Source of the DNA: a virus
Taxonomy: Duplodnaviria; Caudoviricetes
Virus record (IMG/VR): IMGVR_UViG_3300012347_000345
Coordinates: 1 to 36,482 of that record
Reading direction: 5' to 3' (one strand)
DNA length: 36,482 bases
Part shown: positions 15,049 to 25,559 of the stretch, in pieces
Position numbering within the stretch: the stretch's first letter is position 1
Layout of the letters: each line of letters begins with the position of its first letter
Translations under genes and position numbers: made by a program
The notes under the pieces: generated by a model
The model's input: only the letters and a program-made list of their open reading frames with translations
Told to the model about the DNA's origin: nothing
Databases searched by the model: none

Positions 15049-18000
15049 TTATGGGAATGTTACAGTTACGGCATCCCAATTTGAACAAGTTATTGCTACT
15101 ACACAAGTTAATCTACATCCACTATCGTAAGCTGAATTTTGAACCTCAAAATATCCATTTTGGTTATTACGACCAACACCTGCTATACCATTTCCTGCTT
15201 GTTCTCTTAAATCCCACCACCTTTCATTTGGATTTCCAGAAGTATTGTAAGCAATACCAGCAGTGTATTTTAAATACCAAATCTCAGCTAAGTTACCCGA
15301 AGTTGTTCTTGTTGCATGGAAAGTAACCTCATATTGAAATTGAACATTATATCCTGCTGCGACTGTAAATCTCATATTGGTAGCAGTGGTATATGAGTTC
15401 ACATCCATGGTACGAGAGTAAATCCGATGACCACGATTATCTGAACTAATATTTAACCTAATGCCCGATGCTTTTAAATCCTTTCCTAAAAATAAACTTC
15501 CGCTTGTATCAAGTGTCATTAAGTTTGTCCAATTGGTATCACCCCAACCAGAACCACCATACCAACGCAAATAACCTGAACCATCATTGTGAAACAACCA
15601 TTTATAATTAGCTGATGTATTTCTTAAGCACATTGAAGCGAAAGTTCCCACAATGGACAATTGTTCAGTATATCCGCCTCCCCAATCATCATTGATAACA
15701 GTTGAACCATTTGCTTCTAATGCCCCATTAATTACTGTTTTATTATTAGCAAGATAAAGCCAACCAGATGTACTATTCTTTACATATAAATCATTGCCAT
15801 TTTGATATATTTGCGAAGAAGTACCAGTTGATGTATTTGTAAATGTTAAATATGGAGTTGCCTTACTTATTGTTAAGTCGCCCGTTAATGTTCCGCCAGT
15901 TAGTGGTAAATATGAGCCACCCCCACCACCACTCGATGAAATAACTCCACCACTAATTGTGATGTTAGTTCCTGCCGTAATTACAGAGCCATCAGCAGCT
16001 AAGATTTGTGCTGAAGTACCACCCGATTTAACAAATGAAGTTGCAGTTACAGAACTCGAAGAAAGTATAGTTCCAATTACATGAAGAACCGCCGAAGGTG
16101 TAGCCGTTCCAATACCAACATTTGTTGAGTTACTAAAAATCAACGAATCTCCAAGTACATTAGAAGAAGTAAACTTAGGTACATAACCCGTAGTTCCACT
16201 ACCATTAATCCCACTTGAAAGACTTGCGGTGTAAGAAACAAAATCAACTATATCATTACTCACAACACCCACACCTAATACAACGGTAGTTCCATTGGAA
16301 GCGGTATAATCAGAAGTACTTAATCTTGCACCATTGACATACACATCAACTAATCCAACTGTGTATCCACCCGTGATTGTAAAGGTAGTTTGACCCGAAG
16401 TAGCAGTAAATGACTGAACATTACGCATCCCACTTCCTGGGGTAATTGTCCATGATCTATCCGCACTTAAATCATAAGAAGTTCCATTAATCGTAATTAA
16501 TCGAGAAGTAGGAGTATAAGAAGTATTATCATAAGAGATAGTAGTTCCAATAATCTTAACAAACCCTGTACCACTTAAAGCAGATTGTTTAGCATTAAAT
16601 GTTGTCCAATCCGCAGAACTTAAATAACCATTAGCAGCATTAGTTGCTTGTGCAATTGAAATAACATTTGCATTTATACTCAATGGCAACGAAGCAGTTG
16701 TTATTCTATTTGTATAAGCAGTATCCCATTGCGTTTGCTTTGCATCGGTAGGCAATGAATATCCTAATGCAAAAGTAATTGCAAGAGTTCCCGAAGTAGT
16801 TATAGGAGAACCACTAACGGAGAATCCCGTTGGTACTGAAGCTGCCACCGAAGTAACAGTTCCACTGCTTGTAGAACCCGTTGAAACACTTCCATCCGCC
16901 ATTAAAAACTCAGTAGATAATCCACCACTTTTCTTAATAGAAGAAGCAATTAAAGAACCATTGATTTGGACTAAATCAGTGCCATTATCAGTTGTTGTAC
17001 CCCAAAGTAATCTACCTAATGAATTAACTCTACCTCTTTCGCTATTCTCAACTAAGAAAGCTAAAGAATGAAATGTAGATGTTCCAATTTGGAACACGCT
17101 ATTAAGAGTATTCATGAAGCCCTTAATAGACATATCGTAGTGCATAACACCAATATTACCTGCACCTGTCTTGCCTCTTACAATAAAGTTAGTAGCAGAA
17201 GAAGTCCATGTTGGAGTTTGCCCAACAAACATATTGCCATCGGAATTAATTCCTACCTTCTCAGAGTTAGATCCATTTGTGTAGAATTGAATTCCACCAC
17301 CAGCTTTCTTAGCTACAATAGCAGCATCTAAAGAAGTATTAGCTTGATAGTGAGCATCAGTACCAAACATTGCAGTTTCAGCACCGTTTTGATAAGCACT
17401 AAACATACCACCACCCGTTGGACCATTATTATCAACAATTAGTTTAGTATAGGCAGTAGTACCCTTTAAATCCATTAATGAACGAGGTGTGATTGTATTT
17501 ACACCAATCAATCCACCATCTGTCCAAAAAGGAGAGTTAAGGAACAATGTTGCATCATTAAAGTAAGGGATATAACCCTTAGTTCCGTGCATATCCTTAT
17601 TCTTCCACACATTAAGTGTAGTGTCATACATAAGGAAGTCATCAAGAACAGGATTGATTATACGAACATTATGTAGTTCATCTAATTCATACCCATTATC
17701 AACCTTAACAAATATCTTTCCATTAACGGCATGAGCATAAACAACCCACCCGATAATAATTGTATGCTGAGGTGCTTGTGGCTTAACATTAGTTAAGTAT
17801 CCTGCATGAGTAGGGGATAAGTAAAGCACATCTCCATCTACCCAAGTTTCTAATCCATCATAAGACTTAGCACCCGTTGTATTAATCTTATTGATGTTTC
17901 CTGAGGTAGTAATAAAGCCTTCTTGATTATTAGTAATACTTTCAGTTACTAAACCAATAGTAGTTGCTGAATTTGGGTCATTATTAGCTTGTGCTAATAC

Positions 18001-18621
18001 AACTGCAAGTCTTTGACCTTGTGCCCCACCTTCGGCAACAGAACGAATCCTAACGGCTCTAAAGTCTGCCTCATTTAATGTAGCACCTGTTTTGTTTACT
18101 ACACGAAGAACTTGCTCTTGACCTAACTGCAAAGTAACATTTCCACCTTTTAATTTAAGGTCGGCAGTTCCATCTGTATCATTCCAAACAAGAGTTCCTG
18201 GAGTAGTAGGTACATTTGCGGTAGTTGGTGTATTATCTAAGTGTAAGAACCCACCACTTAATCCAAACTCACCTAAATCTACATTCTCGGTTGCACCAAC
18301 ATAAGGGACTGTATAATCAAGATTGGCAATAATGATACCCATTACCACATTGTTAATCAATGGGCTATCGGGGTAAACACGGACATTACGAGTATAATTA
18401 ATATTCCATTCTGCACCATGTGAACGAATCCAAACATAGAAGTCAGTCATTTCAGTAACCTCAACATCTAAGTCAGGGTCATCTAATTGAAATGTAGTTG
18501 GAGTTTCTTCAGGGAATGTACCTGCAATAGTATAACCATAGTCAATGTTTCCAGCAGGAGGCATAGGAACATACCCCTCGGAAGTAAACTCTTGAAATAC
18601 TCTTAATGTCTTTATTGCCAT
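15049..18621 (-). CDS. Long tail fibre protein
   Basis: 1190 aa, G/S/T-rich; NGYELDELHNV, VGIGT.TP, YLPLTGGTLTG and GTVTSV modules. Confidence 0.85.
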   Translation of the reverse strand: MAIKTLRVFQEFTSEGYVPMPPAGNIDYGYTIAGTFPEETPTTFQLDDPDLDVEVTEMTDFYVWIRSHGAEWNINYTRNVRVYPDSPLINNVVMGIIIANLDYTVPYVGATENVDLGEFGLSGGFLHLDNTPTTANVPTTPGTLVWNDTDGTADLKLKGGNVTLQLGQEQVLRVVNKTGATLNEADFRAVRIRSVAEGGAQGQRLAVVLAQANNDPNSATTIGLVTESITNNQEGFITTSGNINKINTTGAKSYDGLETWVDGDVLYLSPTHAGYLTNVKPQAPQHTIIIGWVVYAHAVNGKIFVKVDNGYELDELHNVRIINPVLDDFLMYDTTLNVWKNKDMHGTKGYIPYFNDATLFLNSPFWTDGGLIGVNTITPRSLMDLKGTTAYTKLIVDNNGPTGGGMFSAYQNGAETAMFGTDAHYQANTSLDAAIVAKKAGGGIQFYTNGSNSEKVGINSDGNMFVGQTPTWTSSATNFIVRGKTGAGNIGVMHYDMSIKGFMNTLNSVFQIGTSTFHSLAFLVENSERGRVNSLGRLLWGTTTDNGTDLVQINGSLIASSIKKSGGLSTEFLMADGSVSTGSTSSGTVTSVAASVPTGFSVSGSPITTSGTLAITFALGYSLPTDAKQTQWDTAYTNRITTASLPLSINANVISIAQATNAANGYLSSADWTTFNAKQSALSGTGFVKIIGTTISYDNTSYTPTSRLITINGTSYDLSADRSWTITPGSGMRNVQSFTATSGQTTFTITGGYTVGLVDVYVNGARLSTSDYTASNGTTVVLGVGVVSNDIVDFVSYTASLSSGINGSGTTGYVPKFTSSNVLGDSLIFSNSTNVGIGTATPSAVLHVIGTILSSSSVTATSFVKSGGTSAQILAADGSVITAGTNITISGGVISSSGGGGGSYLPLTGGTLTGDLTISKATPYLTFTNTSTGTSSQIYQNGNDLYVKNSTSGWLYLANNKTVINGALEANGSTVINDDWGGGYTEQLSIVGTFASMCLRNTSANYKWLFHNDGSGYLRWYGGSGWGDTNWTNLMTLDTSGSLFLGKDLKASGIRLNISSDNRGHRIYSRTMDVNSYTTATNMRFTVAAGYNVQFQYEVTFHATRTTSGNLAEIWYLKYTAGIAYNTSGNPNERWWDLREQAGNGIAGVGRNNQNGYFEVQNSAYDSGCRLTCVVAITCSNWDAVTVTFP

Positions 18622-18623
18622 TG

Positions 18624-19214
18624 CTAATCTTCTTTTTGCCCTATTGGACTAATCCAACAATCTTCCGTATAAACCTTTGTATAATAAGCCAAATTTACAT
18701 TATCTGAACCACTACTACAACTTAAATGCTTTTCCAATGTTGGGTATGATTCCGTTTCATCGTAGATAGTATCCAAGTTAGTCCAAGTTACCGCATTTAA
18801 TGCAGTTGCTTCGGGGTCTAAAGAGTAGTTAAATTCGATTTCCCCTGCTATTTTCTTCATCTCTAACCAAACACCTTCGGTAACTCCTAAAGTGGCTGAA
18901 ACGCCAAAAGAAATGCTTCCATCGACCTTTATTCTACGGTATATCTTTAGTTCCCCCAAACCATCAAGAAACATTCCAACAAATGGAACATTATTCTTTG
19001 CCTCTTGGCGAAATTGTAAACCAGCTTTTGCTTCAGTAGTGTCAAATGTAAAGGTGTTTAGGTATGCGACTAATCTAAATTCGGGTAATGTTTCTGTCCA
19101 TCCATAGACATATCCTGTATCAACAGAAGTGGCAAAGTCGCCACTCCCATACATCTCAATCGCTGAACGACTAACATAATAAAAATATCCTATTTCTCTT
19201 GTTTCTATTGGCAT
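18624..19214 (-). CDS. Tail protein with a probable ConA-like beta-sandwich
   Basis: AKAGL.FR, WL.M.K.G and YS.D...WT motifs; located in the tail region. Confidence 0.6.
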   Translation of the reverse strand: MPIETREIGYFYYVSRSAIEMYGSGDFATSVDTGYVYGWTETLPEFRLVAYLNTFTFDTTEAKAGLQFRQEAKNNVPFVGMFLDGLGELKIYRRIKVDGSISFGVSATLGVTEGVWLEMKKIAGEIEFNYSLDPEATALNAVTWTNLDTIYDETESYPTLEKHLSCSSGSDNVNLAYYTKVYTEDCWISPIGQKED

Positions 19215-19302
19215 TGTTATTCGGGTATAAAATCATCCATAAAGAAGGCAACAAATCTATCAAATAATGAACCTGCACCACCTGCTTGACCAAGGTCAGT
19301 AC

Positions 19303-21267
19303 CTACCCCATTACGATTTTTTTTTTAGAGGAACTAAGTTCCTGATACACGATGTTGTTTTCAACATCAAATAGTGTACAATTTATTGAAGGCTCAATCT
19401 CGTTTGGAGTAAGTTCCATGAATACTACATCGGCAGTACAATCTCTTTCATTAAATTTCATTGAAAGAGGGAAGAACTTCTTGTCCGCTAATGCACCTTG
19501 AACAGGGAAGTTATAAATAGCCCCATATTCTAAGTTCTTCCCAATAATAGTACCTGTAAAAATATTACGATAATCTGAATATTGATTAAGAACATTCCTA
19601 ACTGATAACTCTTGAATCTTATATGCGTATTCCTCATTTCTTTCTACAAACAAATTGCTAATACTATAACCCGTATCACCATTAGTAATATTAGATTCAT
19701 CCGTAATTGTATTTACCCCATCTTGCTTCAAGATGTAACTGCCATTAAAAACCTCAATTGTACTTGGATTAATTGAAGTATCTTTTGGGTTAGTAGCAAT
19801 AGTGCTTTCTAAGTTATATGGCAATACTGTATTAACTCCATAAGTTGATTCAACATTAAAGTAAGTTACAATTTGATTGTACAATCCCTCAAAAGCTGGA
19901 TAAAAATACATTCTAAAATAAACTGTGCCATCATAAGGAACACTTACATTGGTTTCAGCAGTAGTATCAGTTTTATAAATTGAAGGGTTAGATGTACCCC
20001 AAGTTCCGCTAACCAAATACTTTGTTGTTTGAGTTGGAGATTCTAATCTTACCTCAAATCCTATATAAGACAAAACCCCTAATGTATAAGAGAATGTTTC
20101 ATCATTATTAACATACACACTTGCTTCAATGTAAGCACCAATGTCATTAAATGATACACCCCATTCTTGAGTAGCATTATTTAAACATGGATAAACACTC
20201 CCACCATGAGTGAAACTTGTCCAAGATAATGCAGTAAATGGTGTGCCAGATGCGTTATCAAGAATTGTTAATGTAGCATCACCCCCTAATCCATCTGTTT
20301 GATATTTCTCATAAACAAACAATCCTGGGACATCCTTAGAAAATATATTAAAATTGCTATTAAGAATATTATCTCCATTGTAATACTGATAATCAATTTG
20401 TGATTGCTTATAAAATCTACGAATCTTTCTTTTTGGCTCTGCTACAATCAAGAAATCAGTTCCATGATTGTATTGCTTAATAGTACCGCTACCAATATAT
20501 AATCCATCGTTATTATACTTATCTGTACTATAAACACCAAAAGCTAAATCTTTGGGTTTAACTAAAAACCATTGACCCCTATTTTGATATATGACAATGT
20601 TAAATAAATAGGACAAAGACTTCATGATTACATCAACACCAAATGGTTGATTGCCTTTTTGTCTAAATATATTAGTGTATGTCCCGAGTACATCAATAGT
20701 CCTTATTTCAGGCAAATTGTAACTCAAGTTCTTTAATTTTAACAATACATTGAACTCGTAATTATATCCAATAAATCTTAAGGCACTTGCAATAATATCT
20801 TTAAATGAATTAAATCCATATAATTTACGACCATTAGTTTCCCTTAATGTTGCGTTTTTAAATGCACTTAATCCATCAATAGTTTTAAATTCAATAGCAG
20901 GATACTTCAAGAATATATCTTCTTCGCACAACTCTGGAGAAACAAATCCTGTCCAAAACAAAGCACCATCACGATAGTATTCTAACACATATTCTTTCTC
21001 ATCCTCAGAGATAATAGAATCCATGTTAATTGCACCACCTAATACTTTAAATGATAACACACTACCACGAATAGGGTAGAAGATGTCATCATCAGCAGTA
21101 GGATAATCAATCTCAACGGGTGTAGCTTGTCCATAAGGAATATCCGTTATTGATCCACTATAATCTTTCTTTAAGATTAATACCTTACACTTTGTCGTTA
21201 ATAGAGTTGCAAAAGGCTTGCAAGTTCCATCAAATTCAAATCGGTATTTAGTTCCGTATCCTATCAT
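19303..21267 (-). CDS. Tail tip/hub protein
   Basis: Follows the tape measure gene; FWTGFV..., TIDGL..., QNRGQW pattern; A10 run near the C-terminus. Confidence 0.7.
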   Translation of the reverse strand: MIGYGTKYRFEFDGTCKPFATLLTTKCKVLILKKDYSGSITDIPYGQATPVEIDYPTADDDIFYPIRGSVLSFKVLGGAINMDSIISEDEKEYVLEYYRDGALFWTGFVSPELCEEDIFLKYPAIEFKTIDGLSAFKNATLRETNGRKLYGFNSFKDIIASALRFIGYNYEFNVLLKLKNLSYNLPEIRTIDVLGTYTNIFRQKGNQPFGVDVIMKSLSYLFNIVIYQNRGQWFLVKPKDLAFGVYSTDKYNNDGLYIGSGTIKQYNHGTDFLIVAEPKRKIRRFYKQSQIDYQYYNGDNILNSNFNIFSKDVPGLFVYEKYQTDGLGGDATLTILDNASGTPFTALSWTSFTHGGSVYPCLNNATQEWGVSFNDIGAYIEASVYVNNDETFSYTLGVLSYIGFEVRLESPTQTTKYLVSGTWGTSNPSIYKTDTTAETNVSVPYDGTVYFRMYFYPAFEGLYNQIVTYFNVESTYGVNTVLPYNLESTIATNPKDTSINPSTIEVFNGSYILKQDGVNTITDESNITNGDTGYSISNLFVERNEEYAYKIQELSVRNVLNQYSDYRNIFTGTIIGKNLEYGAIYNFPVQGALADKKFFPLSMKFNERDCTADVVFMELTPNEIEPSINCTLFDVENNIVYQELSSSKKKIVMG

Positions 21268-23498
21268 TGTCTGCCTGTTACTCTAAGTGTTGTTTCTAAA
21301 GATTTATTAATTTGGTATCCCGTTTGTGTTGCCGTAATTGCACCCGTAAGGTCAATAGCTAATCTAATAGTTTGTGCTGAATAAGATGAACCACCATAGC
21401 TATAATTGCTACCTGATGACTTTTGAGCAACCGATTGAGTTTGACCACTCATACCACCTGTTTGCTTAGGTTTAGATAAAGCAGAACTAACTCCTTTCAA
21501 TAATCCCCCTACTGCCATCAAAGCTAAACCTCCTAATAATCCAGCGGTTGCTCCTGCTGGAGTAAACATAGAAGTTAAAAATGTTTGTACCGCAATCATT
21601 GCTTTTGAAGCCATTACGATACCAAGACCAATCTTAACAAACATATCACCTAAAGCACTTAAAATTCCTGCACCAAATCTACTAATAGCCTCACCGATGT
21701 TCCCTCCATCGCCTATAAATGAAAACATATCAGCAAATGAAGATGAAACAGTTTGTGTCATTTCATCAACTGAAGCAGAAATAGTATTAGCAACACCAAC
21801 AAATGCCATCTTCATTTTCTCGGCAGTATCTTGTGCCAATTTTAATGCAATCGTAGTTCCTGCTGCAAACTTTGCTAATTGTTCATCAGATAATGCCTTA
21901 CCTAACATTCCACCTTCCATCCCTGGAAGTGGTTTAATTAATGACATTAATGCACCTTTTCTTTCGGCATCAATTTCACCTTGAAGTTGAACAACTTTTA
22001 ATAAATATAACTTAGTAATATTAGCAGTATCTTCACCATATCTTTCAAATTCTGCTTTTTGCTTTAAGAAAGCATCATGCAAATCAGCTAATTTCTTCCT
22101 ATTTCCCTCAAGCCCAATATTATTTATAGCACTAACTGCATCAGCACTCATTTGCTTTAATTTTTTCAAATGAGCCCCATATTCTTTTGTTTGAAAATCT
22201 GTACCAGCAATAACCTCAATTCTTTCTGATTTTTTACCTTTTGATGGGCTTTTGCTTGGATCTTTACTGAATGATGCCAAATAACTTTTATCAGTTATTC
22301 TTCTCATTCCAGTATTCTTCATTTGTCTTTCAATGATATTTTCGTTATCACTTTTTTTACCAAATGAATCTAAATAATCATGGAAATCTTTAACATACTT
22401 TTTAGCCTTATCTCCAAATAATTCAGCTACCCCTAAATCAAGTTCTCTAAGCCAATTCTTAGCATCTTCTCCTTTAAATAAATTATTAAAATCTTCGAAT
22501 GCCATACCAGCACCCTTAAATCCTTTTATAATTAAATCTAATCCAATAGCAATAGCGGTAAGCAAATCCTTTAATAGATTACCCCAAAAATTGCTTGAAC
22601 CAACTTGAGCATTAAGTGATTCAAAGTTTTTACCAATTTGAGCCGTTAATGTTGCTACATGCTCATATAAACCCCTGAAATCAAATGTCTTATCTAAATC
22701 TTCGCCAAGTTTAGCTAATGTAAATGAAATGCTTTCAGACATTTTATTAAATGCCCCTGCTAAAGTCTTTGATTGCTCATCAGCCATTCCATAAAATCTA
22801 CCACCATAAGAGGTAGCTGAATCGAATGCCTCCGCCACATCTCTAACTGAGATTTGCCCATCGTGCATCTTTTGAGTAAGAACCGCCATTGATTGACCTG
22901 TCTTATCTGAAATAGCTTGCAATGGGTTGAACCCTGCGTTGATCATTTGGCGAGCCTCTTGCCCCATCAAACGACCCGATGCAGTTACTTGACCAAATGC
23001 TAATGATAATCTTTGAAACTTATCAGCATTACCGCCTGATATATCCCCAAGATTTTTTGTAATAGGTATAACTTGTTGAGCAGTTAATCCATATTGTAAT
23101 AATGTTTGAGCCCCTTTAACAATGTCTTGAAATTGCATAGGAGAATTAAGTGCTTGCTCTTTTAATTGAGCCAACATCTTATCTGCTGATTCAGCACTAC
23201 CTGTAAATACCCTAAATGAAACTGATATTTGTTGTAATTCAGCAGCAGTAGTTAATGCAGCTTTACCTATACCAATAATAGCAGTTGTAATGCCAGCAGT
23301 AGTCAAGGCTATGCCAATAGATGAGAAAGCGGATGAAATGGATTTTGAAACCCCATCCATACTACCACTAATCTGATTACTACTTCTTTGTGTGCTTGAG
23401 GCTAATCTTGACAATTGAGATGACAAACGACTAAGTTTGTTCATCGCATCATCTACATCTGCTCCAATTTTTATATAAAACTCATTAGTTTCTGCCAT
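21264..23498 (-). CDS. Tape measure protein
   Basis: Tape-measure N-terminal motif LSLAFGQV.ASGRLMGQE.RQMINAGFNPLQ; Ala-rich helical sequence. Confidence 0.93.
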   Translation of the reverse strand: MAETNEFYIKIGADVDDAMNKLSRLSSQLSRLASSTQRSSNQISGSMDGVSKSISSAFSSIGIALTTAGITTAIIGIGKAALTTAAELQQISVSFRVFTGSAESADKMLAQLKEQALNSPMQFQDIVKGAQTLLQYGLTAQQVIPITKNLGDISGGNADKFQRLSLAFGQVTASGRLMGQEARQMINAGFNPLQAISDKTGQSMAVLTQKMHDGQISVRDVAEAFDSATSYGGRFYGMADEQSKTLAGAFNKMSESISFTLAKLGEDLDKTFDFRGLYEHVATLTAQIGKNFESLNAQVGSSNFWGNLLKDLLTAIAIGLDLIIKGFKGAGMAFEDFNNLFKGEDAKNWLRELDLGVAELFGDKAKKYVKDFHDYLDSFGKKSDNENIIERQMKNTGMRRITDKSYLASFSKDPSKSPSKGKKSERIEVIAGTDFQTKEYGAHLKKLKQMSADAVSAINNIGLEGNRKKLADLHDAFLKQKAEFERYGEDTANITKLYLLKVVQLQGEIDAERKGALMSLIKPLPGMEGGMLGKALSDEQLAKFAAGTTIALKLAQDTAEKMKMAFVGVANTISASVDEMTQTVSSSFADMFSFIGDGGNIGEAISRFGAGILSALGDMFVKIGLGIVMASKAMIAVQTFLTSMFTPAGATAGLLGGLALMAVGGLLKGVSSALSKPKQTGGMSGQTQSVAQKSSGSNYSYGGSSYSAQTIRLAIDLTGAITATQTGYQINKSLETTLRVTGRQ

Positions 23499-23811
23499 TA
23501 CTCAATAGAATTAACCCACTTTTTAACTATTTCATCCGAAAGATACTCTTTTTCTTTTGATTTTTCTAAATCCTTACCTATATTGTCAATCCACAATGGT
23601 ACAATCTCTTGAGGCTGTTGCACATCCTTACCTCCCATTGCTGCTAAAGATGCCCACATAAGATTCCTTATTGCATCCCATTGCTCTGCCTTCCTAAACT
23701 CAAAGCCGTGTTCATAGTCAAGAAATTCTCCTAAAGTCATTCTTTTCCACTCCCACGGCTTCAAACCTGTTCTATAAATTCTTGTGAGCATATTGCCCCA
23801 AGTTATTTCTA
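23498..23811 (-). CDS. Tail assembly chaperone, -1 frameshift (gpGT-like) segment
   Basis: The -1 frame from A AAA AAG (23812-23818) reads VEITWGN into MLTRIYRTGLKPWEW..MT..E. Confidence 0.8.
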
Positions 23812-24180
23812 CTTTTTTTTTGCTTGTGTAGCTTTTGGTGCATCTAAATCACTTGGCATTAAATCCTTAGTAATCCATTCTACAACAGTAATTACCTGAG
23901 TTTGCATCAACCACTTTGTTGCAATCATTTTAGCACTTTTAATCTTTGTGATTAAAGCATCTGCATCTTCTTCATGACCATTGATGTATAACCAATAAAT
24001 ATGACCACTAAGCATCATATCACGAGTTACCTCAATAAGTTTAGATGGATTGCTTTCATACTCTTGCATATTGATTAAGTCATTGAAGTCGCCTCCTAAC
24101 TCCTTAACATACACATCGTTAATGCTACCTAAAGAAAAGTCAAAGTTGATTTTTTTGCCTTCAAAAGTAATACTTCTCAT
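23809..24180 (-). CDS. Tail assembly chaperone (gpG-like)
   Basis: Between the major tail and tape measure genes; ends in a slippery sequence; start refined to 24180. Confidence 0.82.
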   Translation of the reverse strand: MRSITFEGKKINFDFSLGSINDVYVKELGGDFNDLINMQEYESNPSKLIEVTRDMMLSGHIYWLYINGHEEDADALITKIKSAKMIATKWLMQTQVITVVEWITKDLMPSDLDAPKATQAKKK

Positions 24181-24204
24181 GTTTTTTGTGTTTGTGGGTT
24201 TAAA

Positions 24205-24236
24205 CAAAAAGGGTGAAGAACTAAATCCTCACCCCA
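24205..24236 (-). terminator. Terminator after the major tail gene
   Basis: GGGTGAGGA/TCTTCACCC stem with U tract on the minus strand. Confidence 0.7.
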
Positions 24237-24260
24237 AATGTAATCAATTATTTTTGATTA

Positions 24261-24674
24261 TTAAGCACCTACGACATCCTTAGTCAATGCTCCTGTACCT
24301 TGCAATGTAATCTCAACAGTTGCAATCTCTTGATCACCAGCTTGAACTGGCTTAGAAGCCACATAAGCAGTACCTGTAAGAGTTGTATCTGCTACTGTTG
24401 CAGTCTTGAATGATACAGTTAAAGCAGTTTGGTCTAACCAAGCAGTCAATAACTCATCATAAGTGTAGTTTGAACCACCTTCTGCGTAATCAACTTGAAT
24501 AGTAGATGTGATTGACCAAGACTTACGACCTGGAATCTGAGTTGCCCATGCACCACTATCTTTGCTTGAAGTTTCAATCATTGAAGTGGATAAATCGATA
24601 CTACAAGTAGTTTCGTTTGCTATTTTTTTAGTACCTACGAAGATGCGTAAGTCTGTTCCTTTTACTAATGCCAT
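24261..24674 (-). CDS. Major tail tube protein
   Basis: IETSSKDSG.W...IPG.KSWS and ITLQGTGAL motifs. Confidence 0.88.
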   Translation of the reverse strand: MALVKGTDLRIFVGTKKIANETTCSIDLSTSMIETSSKDSGAWATQIPGRKSWSITSTIQVDYAEGGSNYTYDELLTAWLDQTALTVSFKTATVADTTLTGTAYVASKPVQAGDQEIATVEITLQGTGALTKDVVGA

Positions 24675-24681
24675 TTTATTA

Positions 24682-25125
24682 TTAATTTAATTGATTTAAC
24701 AATTGACTGAAAATTATATTTTGTTCTACTTGCCATCCTGTTGGCAATTGTAATATTACGGAATTTGTTTGATATTCACAATTGATGACCTGCCAACCCG
24801 TAAGGTATTGACTAAATCCATAAGTGTTATTAGAAGTAATAATTCTTGCAATGATAAGATTGGAAATATCATTCACTTCCTTCTTACCACCTTCACTTGA
24901 ATCGTATCTTTGGATAACACTAATTTCAATAGTTGAATCTCTTTGAAAAGTATCCTTACTTCTTTCTCCTCTTGAAATTTGATTCCCTAAAATAATAACA
25001 GGATATACTGCACCTTCGGGAACAATTTCATCATAAACACCAACTGCTTGACTATTATAAGTGATTCCACTTAATGCTTGGTAGTATGCCTTCCGTAAAT
25101 CAAATGCACTATCCTTGTTTATCAT
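24682..25125 (-). CDS. Tail terminator/completion protein
   Basis: A.Y.AL, VYD.VP..A.YP motif; gene order. Confidence 0.75.
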   Translation of the reverse strand: MINKDSAFDLRKAYYQALSGITYNSQAVGVYDEIVPEGAVYPVIILGNQISRGERSKDTFQRDSTIEISVIQRYDSSEGGKKEVNDISNLIIARIITSNNTYGFSQYLTGWQVINCEYQTNSVILQLPTGWQVEQNIIFSQLLNQLN

Positions 25126-25559
25126 TTTAGTAAATTTTTCATTAATGTACTTGTCTTTCTATTTAAACTTCTTCTTGCAATAATATAGTGATGCAAAAAG
25201 TATCTTCTTGGTCTAACCGACATTCTTGGATTGCCTCTTCTGAATTTCAAAGCAAAGTCTGAGAACTCACTATATTCAGCATTTAACCTAAATTGATTTC
25301 CAGTACCAAATTCTTGATAAGGGGAATGACCAGCTCCGAAACCTATTTTAATATTTGGGCTTCTCTTTGATCCTAAATTGCTTCTATATTGACTATTCTT
25401 TAGTTCGCCTGTATCAACAGGTGCACTTGACCTTGACCTCATCTCAATGTAATCTGCTTCTTTAAGCACATTTTCACCAATTTGCTTATCAAGCCTATTC
25501 TTTGCTCTTTCAACTTTATTTTGAAGAACCTTTAATCCTGCGAAAGTTAGTTTAAGCAC
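25122..25559 (-). CDS. HK97 gp10-like neck protein
   Basis: APVDTG.L..S and Y.EFGT motifs; GTG start at 25559 preferred. Confidence 0.82.
   Translation of the reverse strand: MLKLTFAGLKVLQNKVERAKNRLDKQIGENVLKEADYIEMRSRSSAPVDTGELKNSQYRSNLGSKRSPNIKIGFGAGHSPYQEFGTGNQFRLNAEYSEFSDFALKFRRGNPRMSVRPRRYFLHHYIIARRSLNRKTSTLMKNLLK

Noticed and set aside
13925-18621. Diversity-generating retroelement acting on the fibres
   Set aside because: No reverse transcriptase, and no TR/VR pair with adenine-specific differences was seen.
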